DNA of 63,886 nt, the filler included, from Octopus bimaculoides (taxonomy: Eukaryota): the NCBI RefSeq assembly GCF_001194135.2. It is 6 parts of 5 records of this genome, joined end to end, with 100 filler letters (N's around TTAATTAATTAA, not from the genome) between each part and the next. Parts side by side here need not be neighbours in the genome. Positions count along the whole stretch, not along the records: positions 1 to 14,945 come from NC_068983.1; positions 15,046 to 25,631 come from NC_068983.1; 4 more parts are not named here. One strand, written 5' to 3'. The first letter of the stretch is position 1. The number at the start of each line of letters is the position of its first letter. This document shows positions 12,437 through 24,724 of the stretch, piece by piece. The position numbers were made by a program, and so were the translations under genes. The notes under the pieces were generated by a model that did not search any database, had not been told where the DNA came from, and saw only the letters and a list, made by a program, of their open reading frames with translations.

Positions 12437-13090
12437 TGAAGGGAGAGTGAGAGAGAGAGGAATGGAGAGAGAGGGAGAGAGAGAGAAAGAGAGAGAGATT
12501 TTCTGAAATGCAGTGTAAGTATTCTAGAATGTTTTCGATAAGTAACTTATGGATTTAAATGTGCTTGATTGATGTTGCCTAGAATCGGCATTTAAACCTC
12601 GAAAAATGTTTCGATTCCACCTTTGTTTTAAGTTTTCCTAGTCACTTATATTATTATTATCATTTATTAATATCTTTATGTGAAGGACATTCATTGTATA
12701 TCTTTTACATGATTGAAATTTTGTAAGAGGCGAACTCTGCGGAATTTCAAGGGGAAAATAAAGCCTTCAGACATTTTGTCTTGCTTATTACCAAATGATT
12801 CAGCCACGTCTGCGCTTAGGAGAAATTATAATTTTGAGAGAGTTTCTGAAGTGCCTTTCTGGTCGGCAGGATACCCGTTCTGTGTAACTGCGGCAACATG
12901 TATAATTATACCGGATCTTATTTCACGCTGTTGACAGAAACAAATGGTTGTTTTTTTTTTCCTATTTCGGAACGGCTCTTGAATTCACTCTCCATATGTG
13001 TGTGCAATGATCAACCGAAAATTTGATAAACAGAGTCATGTGACGAAAGAAATGCAAGTGGCACTTTTAGCTCTTTCTTGGTAGGGAAAT

Positions 13091-13305
13091 TATTTTCTAC
13101 TCTAGGCACAAGGCGCTAAATTCGTGGGGAGGGGACCAGACGATTAGAGCGAACCCAGTACGTAGCTGGTACTTAATTTATAGACTCAGAAAGGATGGAA
13201 GGCAAAGTCGACCACAGGGGAATTTGAAATCAGAACGTGAAGACAGAGGAAATACCGGTAAGTATTTTGCCCGGTGTGCTAACGTTTCTGCCAGCTCGCC
13301 GCCTT
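13091..13305 (-). mobile_element. tRNA-headed SINE family B (OR-like)
   Basis: Minus-strand head AAGGCGGCGAGCTGGCAGAAACGTTAGC and tail CCTTGTGCCTAGAGTAGAAAA. Confidence 0.85.
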
Positions 13306-14945
13306 TCTTGGTAGCGAAATTGAGAAATTGATGACATCCCGTTTTATTGATTAATACTTGTCATATGCCGCATATATCTAAACAGTTGAGTCACTTTCTT
13401 TCTTATATCAATCGAGGAAATATACAAGTGCCATAACTACATATTTCACCAGGTAGCACAAGATGCTGTTTAGAAATCACAAAATGTCGATTAAGTAATT
13501 TAAAAACGTACAATTAAAAGCATAAAATTTGCTCTTCCCTAGCAGTAAAAAATGAGGGTAATGATGCAGTTTAAGATAGCTCTCAAAAGCCATTTTGTTT
13601 TTGTTGTTTAGACAGCAGCCAAGGCCGTCGTGTAAAAAAAAAAACATTCACATAAACACATTAAAGCTCACGCGAAATCTTATTTCAAAAGTAATCAGTT
13701 ATTTTTTTTAATAATATTTTATACATATAAGGTGATATCATATAAGGTGATATCATAGTACCAATTAAGTATCAGTATTACCGATTGGGATATTGTATTT
13801 CGAGGTAAAATAATTTATAGCAGATGGATATCTATCACCGCATAACTGTGACATATAACGAAGGATATACTTATGATTAATGAAATAAAGGAGACATATG
13901 TTATATATATATTGACATTGAGATATGATAATTAATTATCTGTCAGCAAGTCCATTGGTTATTAATTATGTATCTTCCCCTTTCTTTCTCTCACGCCCGC
14001 ATTCGCGCGACGAACTCACTAACTCTCTTACCGACACACTCTCTCTCACTCACACTTACTTTGCGTTTCTGAAGTAAAACAATTATATACTCTTATATAT
14101 ACCACCACACACAAGCAAAAAAACATACTAAAACATATATACTTATGTATTCTGTTTAAAATGACGGTATAGGACAATGCCATACGTGTGTATACATGTG
14201 TATATGAATGTGCGTGAGTATAATTTGTGCGCCTGTGTGTAACGTGTGCGCGTGTGTAGTGTGTGTAGTGTATGTGAGTGCGCCTGCATGTGTGTATCAA
14301 TAGTGAAGGGTTTCACTTTTAAGTCAATAATTGGCACTTATATGGTCTCATAATGTATTAAGAAGAGTGTGTATGGGTGTATGTATATGCGCATATGTTC
14401 GTATGTATACGCGATTGTCTGCACCTAGATATTAAAGACTGCAAGACAGAAACACCTATTAAAAAAATAATGATTGCACACGTATAAAATAAGTATTTAA
14501 AATTGTAAATATATTTAATAAATGTTCAGTATATTATTATTTGAAGATGTTGTAAATTATGCATAAAATATAATTGGCAAAACAATATTTAACTAAAATA
14601 AAATACATTGAAGTAAAAGACTTCGTTAATAGTTTTGTAGGAGGTTGTATAATAAGGTATAAGTATTTAAATAGATGTCTATATTTTATGTTTAATGACC
14701 ATGAAATCTTTTCAGACTGCTATATATGTTTTATTACACTATAAAATAAAATATGCGAACAGTTTTAGTTGTTTGTTCGTTTTGTGTGGAAGTCCAGAAT
14801 GCGAGTAAATGAGGGCTACACACTGCACAGACTTATAGCATTGTTTAGTATTGTCTATTAAACAAATTAATAAAACGCACAGATAAAAATGTATCTCTGT
14901 ATTTGTCTCTGTTTATATTTTATATGTATACATACAAATACATAC

Positions 14946-15045
14946 NNNNNNNNNNNNNNNNNNNNNNNNNNNNNNNNNNNNNNNNNNNNTTAATTAATTA
15001 ANNNNNNNNNNNNNNNNNNNNNNNNNNNNNNNNNNNNNNNNNNNN
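14946..15045. other. Artificial scaffold-join spacer (44 N, TTAATTAATTAA, 44 N)
   Basis: Same 100-bp spacer at 25632-25731, 34846-34945, 44448-44547 and 53533-53632; the linker has stops in all six frames. Confidence 0.95.
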
Positions 15046-15892
15046 GCTGTTTTTCATTCATTGGCTGACTTGGCTTGAATAATCAGAAAATGGCTCGTAC
15101 GCAGTTTTTCTACAGTTGGTTACGTGTACTGGTCATGTAATGAGGTAACACATTGACCAAGTCCGTTTGTTGAGATTGGATACGTTAGTTGCCCTATCGG
15201 ATCACTTGACAGACCAACCAAGCGCAGTAAAATTATGTTTGCTCTCTGGAGCCCCTAATCATCTTTAAATAGAAGAATCTTTCCTATTTTCACCAGTGAT
15301 GAGGGAATCTTCTAGGAGATTTATTTACAGGTAGATTTCACATGCACCTGTAAGCAGAGAGGATACGAGATACTGCAAGAAGGGATGTCACGTAATTCTG
15401 TTCCTGTCTGCCCAGCACACATCACCAAGTTCCGACTGATTTAAGAAGCAAATATGTATATTCTCTTCAGACAGTATCATTCATGATGTACCAACAGTTA
15501 CTGTACCAATTCATTTAGTGGTTGAATAAAACGTAGCACTTAATTGCAACTGGTTTTCTTGTATTTCTTTCCACTGTATATACACGACTCATTGGAACCA
15601 AGAAATTGCAATTATACCACAGCCTGAGACACGCTAATCAACCCGCTAAGTATATATAAGCTACTTTATCTAAGGTGTTGTGCTGAAAATAATATTTCAT
15701 CAAATGAAATTAGTATTATAATGTGAACAATAATAATTAGTGTTAATGAAACCTTTCGTGAGAGAAATTTTCATTAACGCTAATGACTTCTTTTCTCAAA
15801 GTGGTTATAATTTCATTTGATTAAAAATTATTTTCAGTCCACGGCCTGTGCTTAACTTTACGTTAAATGTACACTTAGGGAAATTTTTGTCA

Positions 15893-15994
15893 TCCCATTG
15901 CGTGGCACCTAAGGCAAGTGTCTTTTACTATAGCCTCGGGCCGACCAATGCCTTGTAAGTGGATTTGGTAGACGGAAACTGAAGGAAGTCCGTC

Positions 15995-16044
<50 letters not shown>

Positions 16045-16290
16045 GTATATATATATATATTTATATATATATATGTATGTATGTATGTGTGTGTATATGT
16101 TTGTCCCCCACCATCGCTTGACAACCGACGCTGGTGTGTTTACGTCCCTGTAACTTAGCGGTTCAGCAAAAGTAACTGATAGAATAAGTACTAAGCTTAC
16201 AAAGAATAAGTCCTGGGGGGTCGATTTGCTCGACTAAAGGCGGTGCTCCAGCATGGCCGCAGTCAAATGACTGAAACAAGTAAAAGAGTA
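15893..16290 (+). mobile_element. SINE family A, 5' truncated
   Basis: GCGTGGCACCTAAGGCAAGTGTC...(TA)n...CAGTCAAATGACTGAAACAAGTAAAAGAG. Confidence 0.9.
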
Positions 16291-16384
16291 TATATGTAAG
16301 TACATACATGCATACATTAGTACGAGAAACAGTTGGCTGTTTCTCGTATCCAAGAAGTCAAATTTCTCCCTGTTGAAGGAAATA

Positions 16385-16816
16385 TCCTTTTCTACTATAG
16401 GCACAAGGCCCGAAATTTGGGAGGAGGTCTCCAGTCGATTAGATCGACTCCAGTACGCAACTGGTACTTAATTTATCGACCCCGAAAGGATGAAAGGCAA
16501 AGTCGTCCTCGGAAGAATTTGAACTCAGAACATAAAGACAGACGAAATACCGCTAAGTATTTCGCCCGGCGTGCTAACATTTCATATTTCTTTATTGCCC
16601 ACAAGGGGCTAAACATAGAGGGGACGAACAAGGACAGACAAAGGGATTAAGTCGATTATATCGACCCCAATGCGTAACTGGTACTTATTTAATCGACCTC
16701 GAAAGGATGAAAGGCAAAGTCGACCTCGGCGGAATTTGAACTCAGAACGTAGCGGCAGACGAAATACCGCTAAGCATTTCGCCCGGGTTGCTAACCTTTC
16801 TGCCAGTTCGCCGCCT
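16385..16816 (-). mobile_element. SINE family B, dimeric copy
   Basis: Two family B bodies in tandem (16584-16816 with head, 16385-16580 headless) with different tails. Confidence 0.88.
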
Positions 16817-18028
16817 TTGTTGAAGGAAATATCAAGAGGAAAAAGTGCCAATAGCATAGATTTGTTTTTGGCGGATCTCAACTTGCCAAGAAGTAATCCA
16901 CACTCCACAGGATTGTCCTCTGCGACACGTAAAATGAATAAACAAGTATCAGGTGACAAAAGAACAACGGGATATCATTGAACAGCTTGTAGTCGCGACC
17001 GGCGTTTTCTGCCCTCCAATGCAGTCAACTATTGTCTACGTCCTGTTGCTCAGTCGTTTGGGTCTTGAAGAGTGGTTAGTCACATTCAGTCGTTTTTTTT
17101 TTTTAATTCATAAACGGCCCTAATAGGAATACCATACCCTCCACGATATTCCTCTTAGAGTCATTGAACCACGGCAAGCCACCTGTCACGACAAAGAATG
17201 ACTGTCCCTCTCCCTCCTTTCCCCCTCTCTCTCTTTCATACACACACACATTTGTGTATATATATGCATTTATGTATTTACATATGTATAAGTATTTAAT
17301 CATATGCACATACACACACTCTCTCCCTCTCTCACACACACACACAAACACAGATGAGCCTAAACGCAGTCTTACAAACTCACGCTCATACTTATATGCA
17401 TTCATGTATTTGTGTGTTAGTAACCGCGTATATGACCGTGTCATATATAAGATAATAATAATAATATATATATATATATGCGAGTAAGAATAAATACAAA
17501 AAAAGGGGGGGTGTATGATTGTGTATAGAGGAATATATTATTTTGTTTATATAAAATAATAAAAATATAAAATAATAAAAATATGTCGTACGCTGTTCTA
17601 TATTTCTAATCAGGCGACCATTACATTTTTCTGCGATGATAGTTTGATGACTAAGAAACGGTTTTAGCTGTAACCTCCTACTTGTTCTTCGCTGTTAGTG
17701 GTGCTAGGACAACCGGCAACAAAGATGTTGACGACAAATACGCTGATGATGACGATTATGGTAATAGAAATGATGATGGTAGTTAAGTCTTCAAATGAAT
17801 ACACACACCACCTCCTCCCCTTAACCGAAACTTCCGTTACTATTTCGCTGATCGTCCTTCCTAAAAGAGGTGCTTTTTTTCTTCTCTTTCCGTCTGTACT
17901 GTTGTGGGCGTCGTAACTCAGTTATTGAATCGGTCGAGTAAAGGAAACTGCAGTGAGTTTTAGTCGCTCGAGTTTTAAAAAAAACACACCATTTCTTAAA
18001 TAAAAAAAGAACTTGGATTTTTCTGTTT

Positions 18029-18670
18029 GGTTGCACTTTTTGAAATCTTAATTTTAAGTGAATATTTTAAAATTTGGTGTACTGATGTAATTTTCCACGC
18101 TGAATCTCAGGGCCCTAATTCACTTGTTCCAGAATTTATTTTTTTTTTAAGTTACAGAGGTTTAAAGTTTGATAATTTTTTTTACCCAATCAGGAAACAG
18201 AATTTGAAAGCTGTCATTTTGTGCGTGACTTCAATCGTAAGAGCGACAAAACAATAATGTCTAGATTGCGACGATAGCATATTCCTTAAGCATTAAATGA
18301 GTGAAAAATTACCAAAAAAAAAAACGAGTACACAATACATATTTGTAGTTTTAAGCATACGATNNNNNNNNNNNNNNNNNNNNNNNNNNNNNNNNNNNNN
18401 NNNNNNNNNNNNNNNNNNNNNNNNNNNNNNNNNNNNNNNNNNNNNNNNNNNNNNNNNNNNNNNNNNNNNNNNNNNNNNNNNNNNNNNNNNNNNNNNNTAT
18501 TTATTATTTGTGGCGAAAATGAATTCCATGTCAATAATGAGCATACAAAATTACATCAGTACACCAAATTTGAAATCAATTGGAAGAAAATTGAAGAAAT
18601 TAAAAAGTGGAAGCCAAACAGAAAAGATCTGAATTTTAGATCGTTCCCAAAAATTATAGTGCATCAAACA
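18029..18670. mobile_element. Non-autonomous DNA transposon-like repeat with internal inverted repeats
   Basis: AAATTTGGTGTACTGATGTAATTTT (about 18070-18095) is inverted at about 18547-18572; left half homologous to 19511-19710. Confidence 0.55.
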
Positions 18671-19510
18671 ACGCCATTTTTCCGGATCACGATGCTTTAA
18701 GAATCGCACATTACAATTCGTAATTTTCGATCCTTAAGATATACACATCGAAGAAATTACGGCTTTTGGCGCACTAGATAATTTCCTACTCTATTCTGTA
18801 GGAACACCTTCTTTAGCGAGTATAGACGTAGATATAATATTTGTAAAAAAAAAAAAAATTGAAATATAAAAGAATGGATGGAACAAGTTTGATCATAGTC
18901 CCACTCGGCTTGCTAGAAAATTATTACTAAATGTCCTTCCATATCACGGCCTGCTTAGATACCTAAGTCTCTGCGTCCTAGATTGATACAATTGATACTA
19001 CAAAAGTTCACACACACACACACACACACAAACACAGAGCTTGTCTACTTCCTGAACAAAGCAGAACCGATAATACTTTATTATTGTTGTTTTCTAAACC
19101 CCGACCAACCCTGAACGAACAGACCTATGGTCAAAAATGATATAACTATGAGTATCTTGTTCTTTCTTTATATTCTCCAGATACAGCGTATTTTGGATTG
19201 CTTCGTGCAGCGTGTCCACTTTCTTTCATTTTGTTACTAACATGCTACTGTATGATTTGAGAGAAATTTTGTTGCGCTTTCCAGCAAGCTCGGCGACCAC
19301 ACAGAATCTTTGCTGTAGGGCTATAGTCATAGTAGCTGTATGTACTAGTTTTTGTTGTTAACTCTAGGTCAAATCCAGTAGAACAGATCAAAGACGCTTC
19401 TAAGGCAGCAATCCCATTTTATTCGTAAAACAGGAGAATCGGCAGAACTAGTAACGTTCTGTGTTAGTAGAGAGAATAAAAAAAGTAAAAATACAAATAA
19501 TTTAAACAGT

Positions 19511-19710
19511 GGGTGCACTGTGGGAATTTCAAAATTTATTGAAAATTTTAAAATTTAGTGTAATAATGTAATTTTCCAAGCTGAATCTCAAGAGATATTT
19601 CACTTTTTCTAGAAATTTCTAGTTTAAAGAGGTTTAAAATTTAATAATTTCAACAAGTAAGGAAACAAATAAGGAAGCTGTCATTTTGTGCGTGACGGCA
19701 CGCGTTGTCA
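19511..19710. mobile_element. Second partial copy of the 18029 repeat
   Basis: Shares GTAATTTTCCA.GCTGAATCTCA and GCTGTCATTTTGTGCGTGAC. Confidence 0.6.
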
Positions 19711-20061
19711 AATGTAAACAAATGAAACAGTGAAAAATGTTTTATGCCACAAAGAAATGGATAAGGTTCACGCTTCGGACGTTTATCATTCGTCGGAGAG
19801 ACAAAGGGAAAGAGATAAAAATATAGATTGTATCACTAAACTACAAAATTGCAGATGAGAAAAGGGAAAAAGTGGAAAGTGAGGGAAACCAGTGAATGCC
19901 TAATTTGGGAGATAGTGTATGCAGTGTGGATATACGGTACGGGCGGGATAAAATATGAACAAGGCGTAATCAAAGTAGTAATAAAGTATAGCTCAGTTGA
20001 AATGGTGAGTACTAGCTGGGTGGAATAATCTACTGGAAATACACAGAACAATAGACTAATC

Positions 20062-20240
20062 CTTTCTACTATAGGTACAAGGCCTGAAATTTGGAGGAGG
20101 GGGATAATCGATTACATCGACCCCACTGTTTTACTGGCATGTCGACCTCGGCGGAATTTGAACTCATAACTTTGCGACAGGCGAAATATCACTAAGCATT
20201 TCGTCCAGCATGCTAACGATTCTGCCAGCTTGCCACCTTA
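20062..20240 (-). mobile_element. SINE family B with internal deletion
   Basis: GTCGACCTCGGCGGAATTTGAACTC and family B head and tail. Confidence 0.82.
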
Positions 20241-20744
20241 GAATAATAGATTAATAACAATTTCAGAATGGTCTACCTAAGAATGCATAATCCAATCTGT
20301 CTTTCCATTTTTCATATCAGAGCGTGATTGAGAAACACTTGATCACTATTTATAGTGGATCGGTCTATTACTAAAACTCCTGAAGTGCCTTTTTATCGTT
20401 CGATCCAAGGTCAGCCCTGGTCGAGCACACTAATGATGAAAGGTCTCGTAAAAGGTTGATAGTAACATTGAGACTTTAGTCTCTCTCTGTCTATCACCTC
20501 TCAACAAAAATATATATTAGGAAACAGTAGAACAGAGGCAGGTGTGAACAATTAACAACATAATAGAATATGAATTATACAAAACCTGTATAATTCAGCC
20601 TGGTCGCCGCTGGTTAACTTGTAATCAGCATCTGAAGATTAAGAGTTTCGTTGACGCATACCAGAGGAGCAAGTTGTTGTCACATCGAAGGCATCGTGCT
20701 AAAGAGAGCTTAGAAAACGCGTGAAGCGCTTTAAGTACTGGTTT

Positions 20745-20845
20745 ACTACACATGCGCACTCGAGGGGCTTCCGGGAAGGCAAGTCCCTTGCGCATGCGTA
20801 GATTGCACTTCTTTAATGGTGGCCATAATTTCGCGGCCACTACAG
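20745..20845. promoter_or_regulatory. Putative housekeeping-type promoter motif cluster
   Basis: ACTACA at 20745 and 20839, CATGCGCA, CTTCCGG (ETS-like) at 20768 and TGCGCATGCG (NRF1-like) at 20789, in a locally CpG-rich non-repeat stretch; no gene assigned. Confidence 0.4.
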
Positions 20846-20957
20846 TCTTAACTACCTCATATTGTTGAAACTCATGCTGCATTTAACAGTGAACAGTTTT
20901 TTAAAATAGTAAGTTGTTATTTAAGGGGGATTTGGTTGATATTTCTAGAAAGGAGTA

Positions 20958-21320
20958 GGTGCAGGCATAGCTGTGTGGTAAGAAACATGCTTTCCAACAT
21001 AGTTCCGGGCTCAGCCAAACTGCGTAACACCATGTGAGTGGATTTGGTTGGCGGAAGTTGAAAGAAGCCTGTTGAATGTGTGTGTCTGTGTGCTTGAGAG
21101 GGAGTGGGAGTTCGTGCCTGTGTTTATCACCCACCACTGCTTGACAACCGTTATTAGTGTGTCTACATCCCCCTAACTTGGCGGTTCGGCAAAAGAGTTT
21201 AATAATATAAGTAAGACTTTTAAAAAATATAAGCTCTAGGGTAGATTCATTCGACAAAAAACTCTTCGAGACGGTACTCCTGCATGGTCGCAATCTAATG
21301 ACTGAAACAAAAGGTAAGAG
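20958..21320 (+). mobile_element. SINE family A
   Basis: GGTGCAGGCATAGCTGTGTGGTAAG head through AATGACTGAAACAAAAG tail. Confidence 0.85.
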
Positions 21321-21861
21321 ATAGACAAACAACCACGTATATACAGGCTCTTTTTTGGCTCCCTATTGTTACCAATAATGTGGTGATGATGATGATGATG
21401 TTGGTGGTGGTGGTGATGACTTTCAACTCCACGGTTCACTGATTTCTTTTATCTCCGGTCGGCAGATCAGTTGCTGGTATGAATACTCTGTTGTCTCACG
21501 ACACAATTGTGGTTACTTGATGAGCTAAAAACAGCAACTAAAAAATCTTCCTTTAATGATCATACTCTGCCGTTCTTAAAGAATATTAGATGATGAGACC
21601 CTCGATACACGATGGCCGAAGAAAATACAGGATCACCAGTGATGGAACACCATTGACCAAAGTTCTAAATCAGAGCAGACCTGCTGGGCAAAGGCACATT
21701 CAGAGCATAATGTTAATGTTTAGTCTAAGGGCAGCTTGATCAAGCAAGCCTTTCATCAAAGGCGTGCCTACCATGAACGTCACTTATTTTCAGTATCCCT
21801 GAGACTTAGGTCGGCCAATGTATCCTTCGTTTTTCTTAAGATGGTAATATGTAGAATGAGG

Positions 21862-22080
21862 GAGGATGACGAGCTGGTAAAACCGTTAGCACACCGGGCA
21901 ACACGCTTAATAGTATTTCGTTTGTCTTCATGTTCTGAGTTCAAATTCCGCCGTGGCTGACTTTGACTTTCATCCTTTCGGGGTCGGTAAAGTAGGCACC
22001 AGTTGAGCACTGGAGTCGATGTAATCGACTTACCTCTCCCCTAAACTTGCTGGCCTTGTGCCAAAATTTGAAACCAATAT
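21862..22080 (+). mobile_element. SINE family B
   Basis: GAGCTGGTAAAACCGTTAGC...TTCTGAGTTCAAATTCCGCC...GGCCTTGTGCCAAAATTTGAAACC. Confidence 0.88.
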
Positions 22081-22530
22081 GTTGAATGAGGGAAATTTTG
22101 GCAGTTATTTTTTTTTCTGTCAGGTTGTGCTTAAAAATGCGTTTATATTCTTGAATGTGATAATGTGTAGAATTAGATTATTATCCTGCTTCCAGCTATA
22201 GTGTTGCTGCCAGGGTTTGAAAAATAGGGCAGATTTCCCCCCCCCCCCNNNNNNNNNNNNNNNNNNNNNNNNNNNNNNNNNNNNNNNNNNNNNNNNNNNN
22301 NNNNNNNNNNNNNNNNNNNNNNNNNNNNNNNNNNNNNNNNNNNNNNNNNNNNNNNNNNNNNNNNNNNNNNNNNNNNNNNNNNNNNNNNNNNNNNNNNNNN
22401 NNNNNNNNNNNNNNNNNNNNNNNNNNNNNNNNNNNNNNNNNNNNNNNNNNNNNNNNNNNNNNNNNNNNNNNNNNNNNNNNNNNNNNNNNNNNNNNNNNNN
22501 NNNNNNNNNNNNNNNNNNNNNNNNNNNNNN

Positions 22531-22733
22531 NTTTGGCACAAGGCCAGTAATTTCGGCGGAGGGAGTAAGTCGATTACATTAAACCCAATGCTCAACTGGT
22601 GCTATTTTATCGTCCTGAAAGGATGAGAAGCAAAGTCAGTCTCGGTGGAACTTGAACTCAGAAATTAAAGGCGGACGAAATGTCGCTAAGCATTTTTCCC
22701 GACGCAATAAAGGTTCTGCCAGCCCTCCGCCTT
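22531..22733 (-). mobile_element. SINE family B
   Basis: Reverse complement of family B body and head. Confidence 0.82.
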
Positions 22734-22762
22734 AAAAACTCTTTTGACATTAGATGCGAATT

Positions 22763-22980
22763 AAGGCAGCCAGCAGGCAGAATCGTTAGCATACCGGGTG
22801 CTTAACAGCATTTCGTCCGTCTTTACGTTCTAAGTTCAAATTCTGTCGAGGTCGACTTTGCCTTTCATACTTTCGGGGTCGACAAAAATTAAGTACCAGT
22901 TGAGCACTGGGGTCAATGTACTTGGTTTACCCTCTTCCTGAAGTTGCTGCTCTTGTGCAAAAATGTGAAACTAATATTAG
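22763..22980 (+). mobile_element. SINE family B
   Basis: AAGGCAGCCAGCAGGCAGAATCGTTAGC...GTCGACTTTGCCTTTCAT. Confidence 0.85.
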
Positions 22981-23465
22981 ATGCAAATTGCAAATATGAA
23001 AGAACTTCTTGAGGATCCATCTTTAATGTAAATTCTTTGATTTTAAAAATTCATAAATACACATCATATACAGAATTATTGTATAAGTTTTAAGGCTTGA
23101 ACTTCCCTTTTATTCCGGTGAGTTTTCAAGGGAATTTTTCAACGGGCTGAATTTGAAAGTGAGTGACTCGCAAACGATCCTTAGTTGATTCATGATAATA
23201 TTTGCTGTTGTGTTGACATCAAGAAGAAGAAGATTTATGAATTTTTATTTGTTTACGTTCTTTAATGGGGGCGAGGAGCTTAGAATTGTTGTTTAACGAC
23301 TTTCTTAGTTCTTTGGAGGAACGTGGATTATCATGAAAGTGTTTGTATCGGAATTTGGTCAGCGAATTCTGAAACGGACTAGTCGATATCTCATGAAGAA
23401 TTTAGCATCGTTGAAGGATCTTGTTTGAATCTTTAATAAGTGTTCTTGTCATCACTAGCCCCAAT

Positions 23466-23637
23466 CAGTCATCTTAAGGCATAGGCACATAGGCAGTTGC
23501 CCGGGAGCCTTACGGGCTTAGGGGCTTAATTCTTAGCTATGTATGATGTGGCTTGCAGGCAAAAATTAAGTAGAATTTAGGCCCGGTGTATTGATATGAT
23601 ATGCCCGCAAGGGAATAATGCTTCTAAGATGGCCTTG
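23466..23637. mobile_element. hAT-like MITE
   Basis: Imperfect TIRs CAGTCATCTTAAGGCAT / ATGCTTCTAAGATGGCCTTG; 8-bp flanks GCCCCAAT and GCCCGAAG match 6 of 8. Confidence 0.5.
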
Positions 23638-24724
23638 GCCCGAAGAGGAGCACAGGAAACTGAAAATCATAAACTTGATTTATTAACAGCCAAGTTCCTT
23701 AATATCCGTTTCATAAGAAACTTTCCGAAGACTGTAAGCATATTAACACTACTCACCGATATTTTTCGTGCTTCTGGTTTCTTTCTGAACCTTTGACTTA
23801 TTGCAAGACCAATTTCTGTTTTGGCATAGTGAAGACAATTAGCCTTTTGTAGGCTCAGCGCGTTAGTCTCTAATGATTGGTTGTGTCTTGTGCTGTGATT
23901 GGTTGAGTATTGTGCAGGAGTTGGATCGAGGATCCAATCACGTTGCGCGTAATACGTTCTCGAGGAAGAAACTGAACGGCCGGCGAGCGAATCTTGGTAT
24001 GTTCTCTGAAGCCTACCTTTTTTTCCTATTAATTCGTGTAACAAATTACCAGAGAGGTGAGTGATGTTCATTTTCTGCCATTATTCACCAGAGCGAAATT
24101 AATATAACGGAGTACGAGTAACTAACGACGACCCAAGCTGAATTAGCCAAACGATGGATGAACTACATCCGCCAGAATTCGAGATATTTCTTTCTTTATC
24201 CACTTACTACTTTACGTAGGAATAAAGTCTCGCTGTTATTTTTAAAGTTCGTTCCTTGTATTACTTCCGCAAGTGAACACGCAGCATATGTCATATAATG
24301 GTATTCAGGATTCAGTAGTAAAACCAAAAGAGACTTTAAGACCACTGCTGACGACTTAACAGTTTTATACTGGTTCAAATTTTTCATTTCGATTGCGTAG
24401 TTTACGTGGTCTCTTTGCACGGATAATAAATTTTGTAAATGCTTATTATTATCATCAAATGCCTCCTTGATTTTACACTGTAAAACCTCAATACGTCTTG
24501 AAATTCATAAAAACCTTGTTTTTAAGTAATTCCGTTTGGTAGTAGCATCCTCCAATGAATTAAAACCTTGCACTAGTTCCTCGCTAATAACTTGCACCAA
24601 TTCCTGGTTGACAATTTTTTTCTTTTAGTGTTGCAACATCAATCTTTCTAAGCATTGAAAATTCTACGTTCTAATTTTGGACTTTGTTTTGAACTTCAGT
24701 TTAGTTCGTTATCAAACACATATA

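Noticed and set aside
19855-20004. 150-nt open plus-strand segment between CAG and GTGAGT
   Set aside because: The acceptor is purine-rich and the peptide is unrecognisable; likely chance
23667-24071. Minus ORF as an hAT dimerisation domain
   Set aside because: Only a vague resemblance (NALSL, ARKI); the SAxxERxFS motif is not convincingly present
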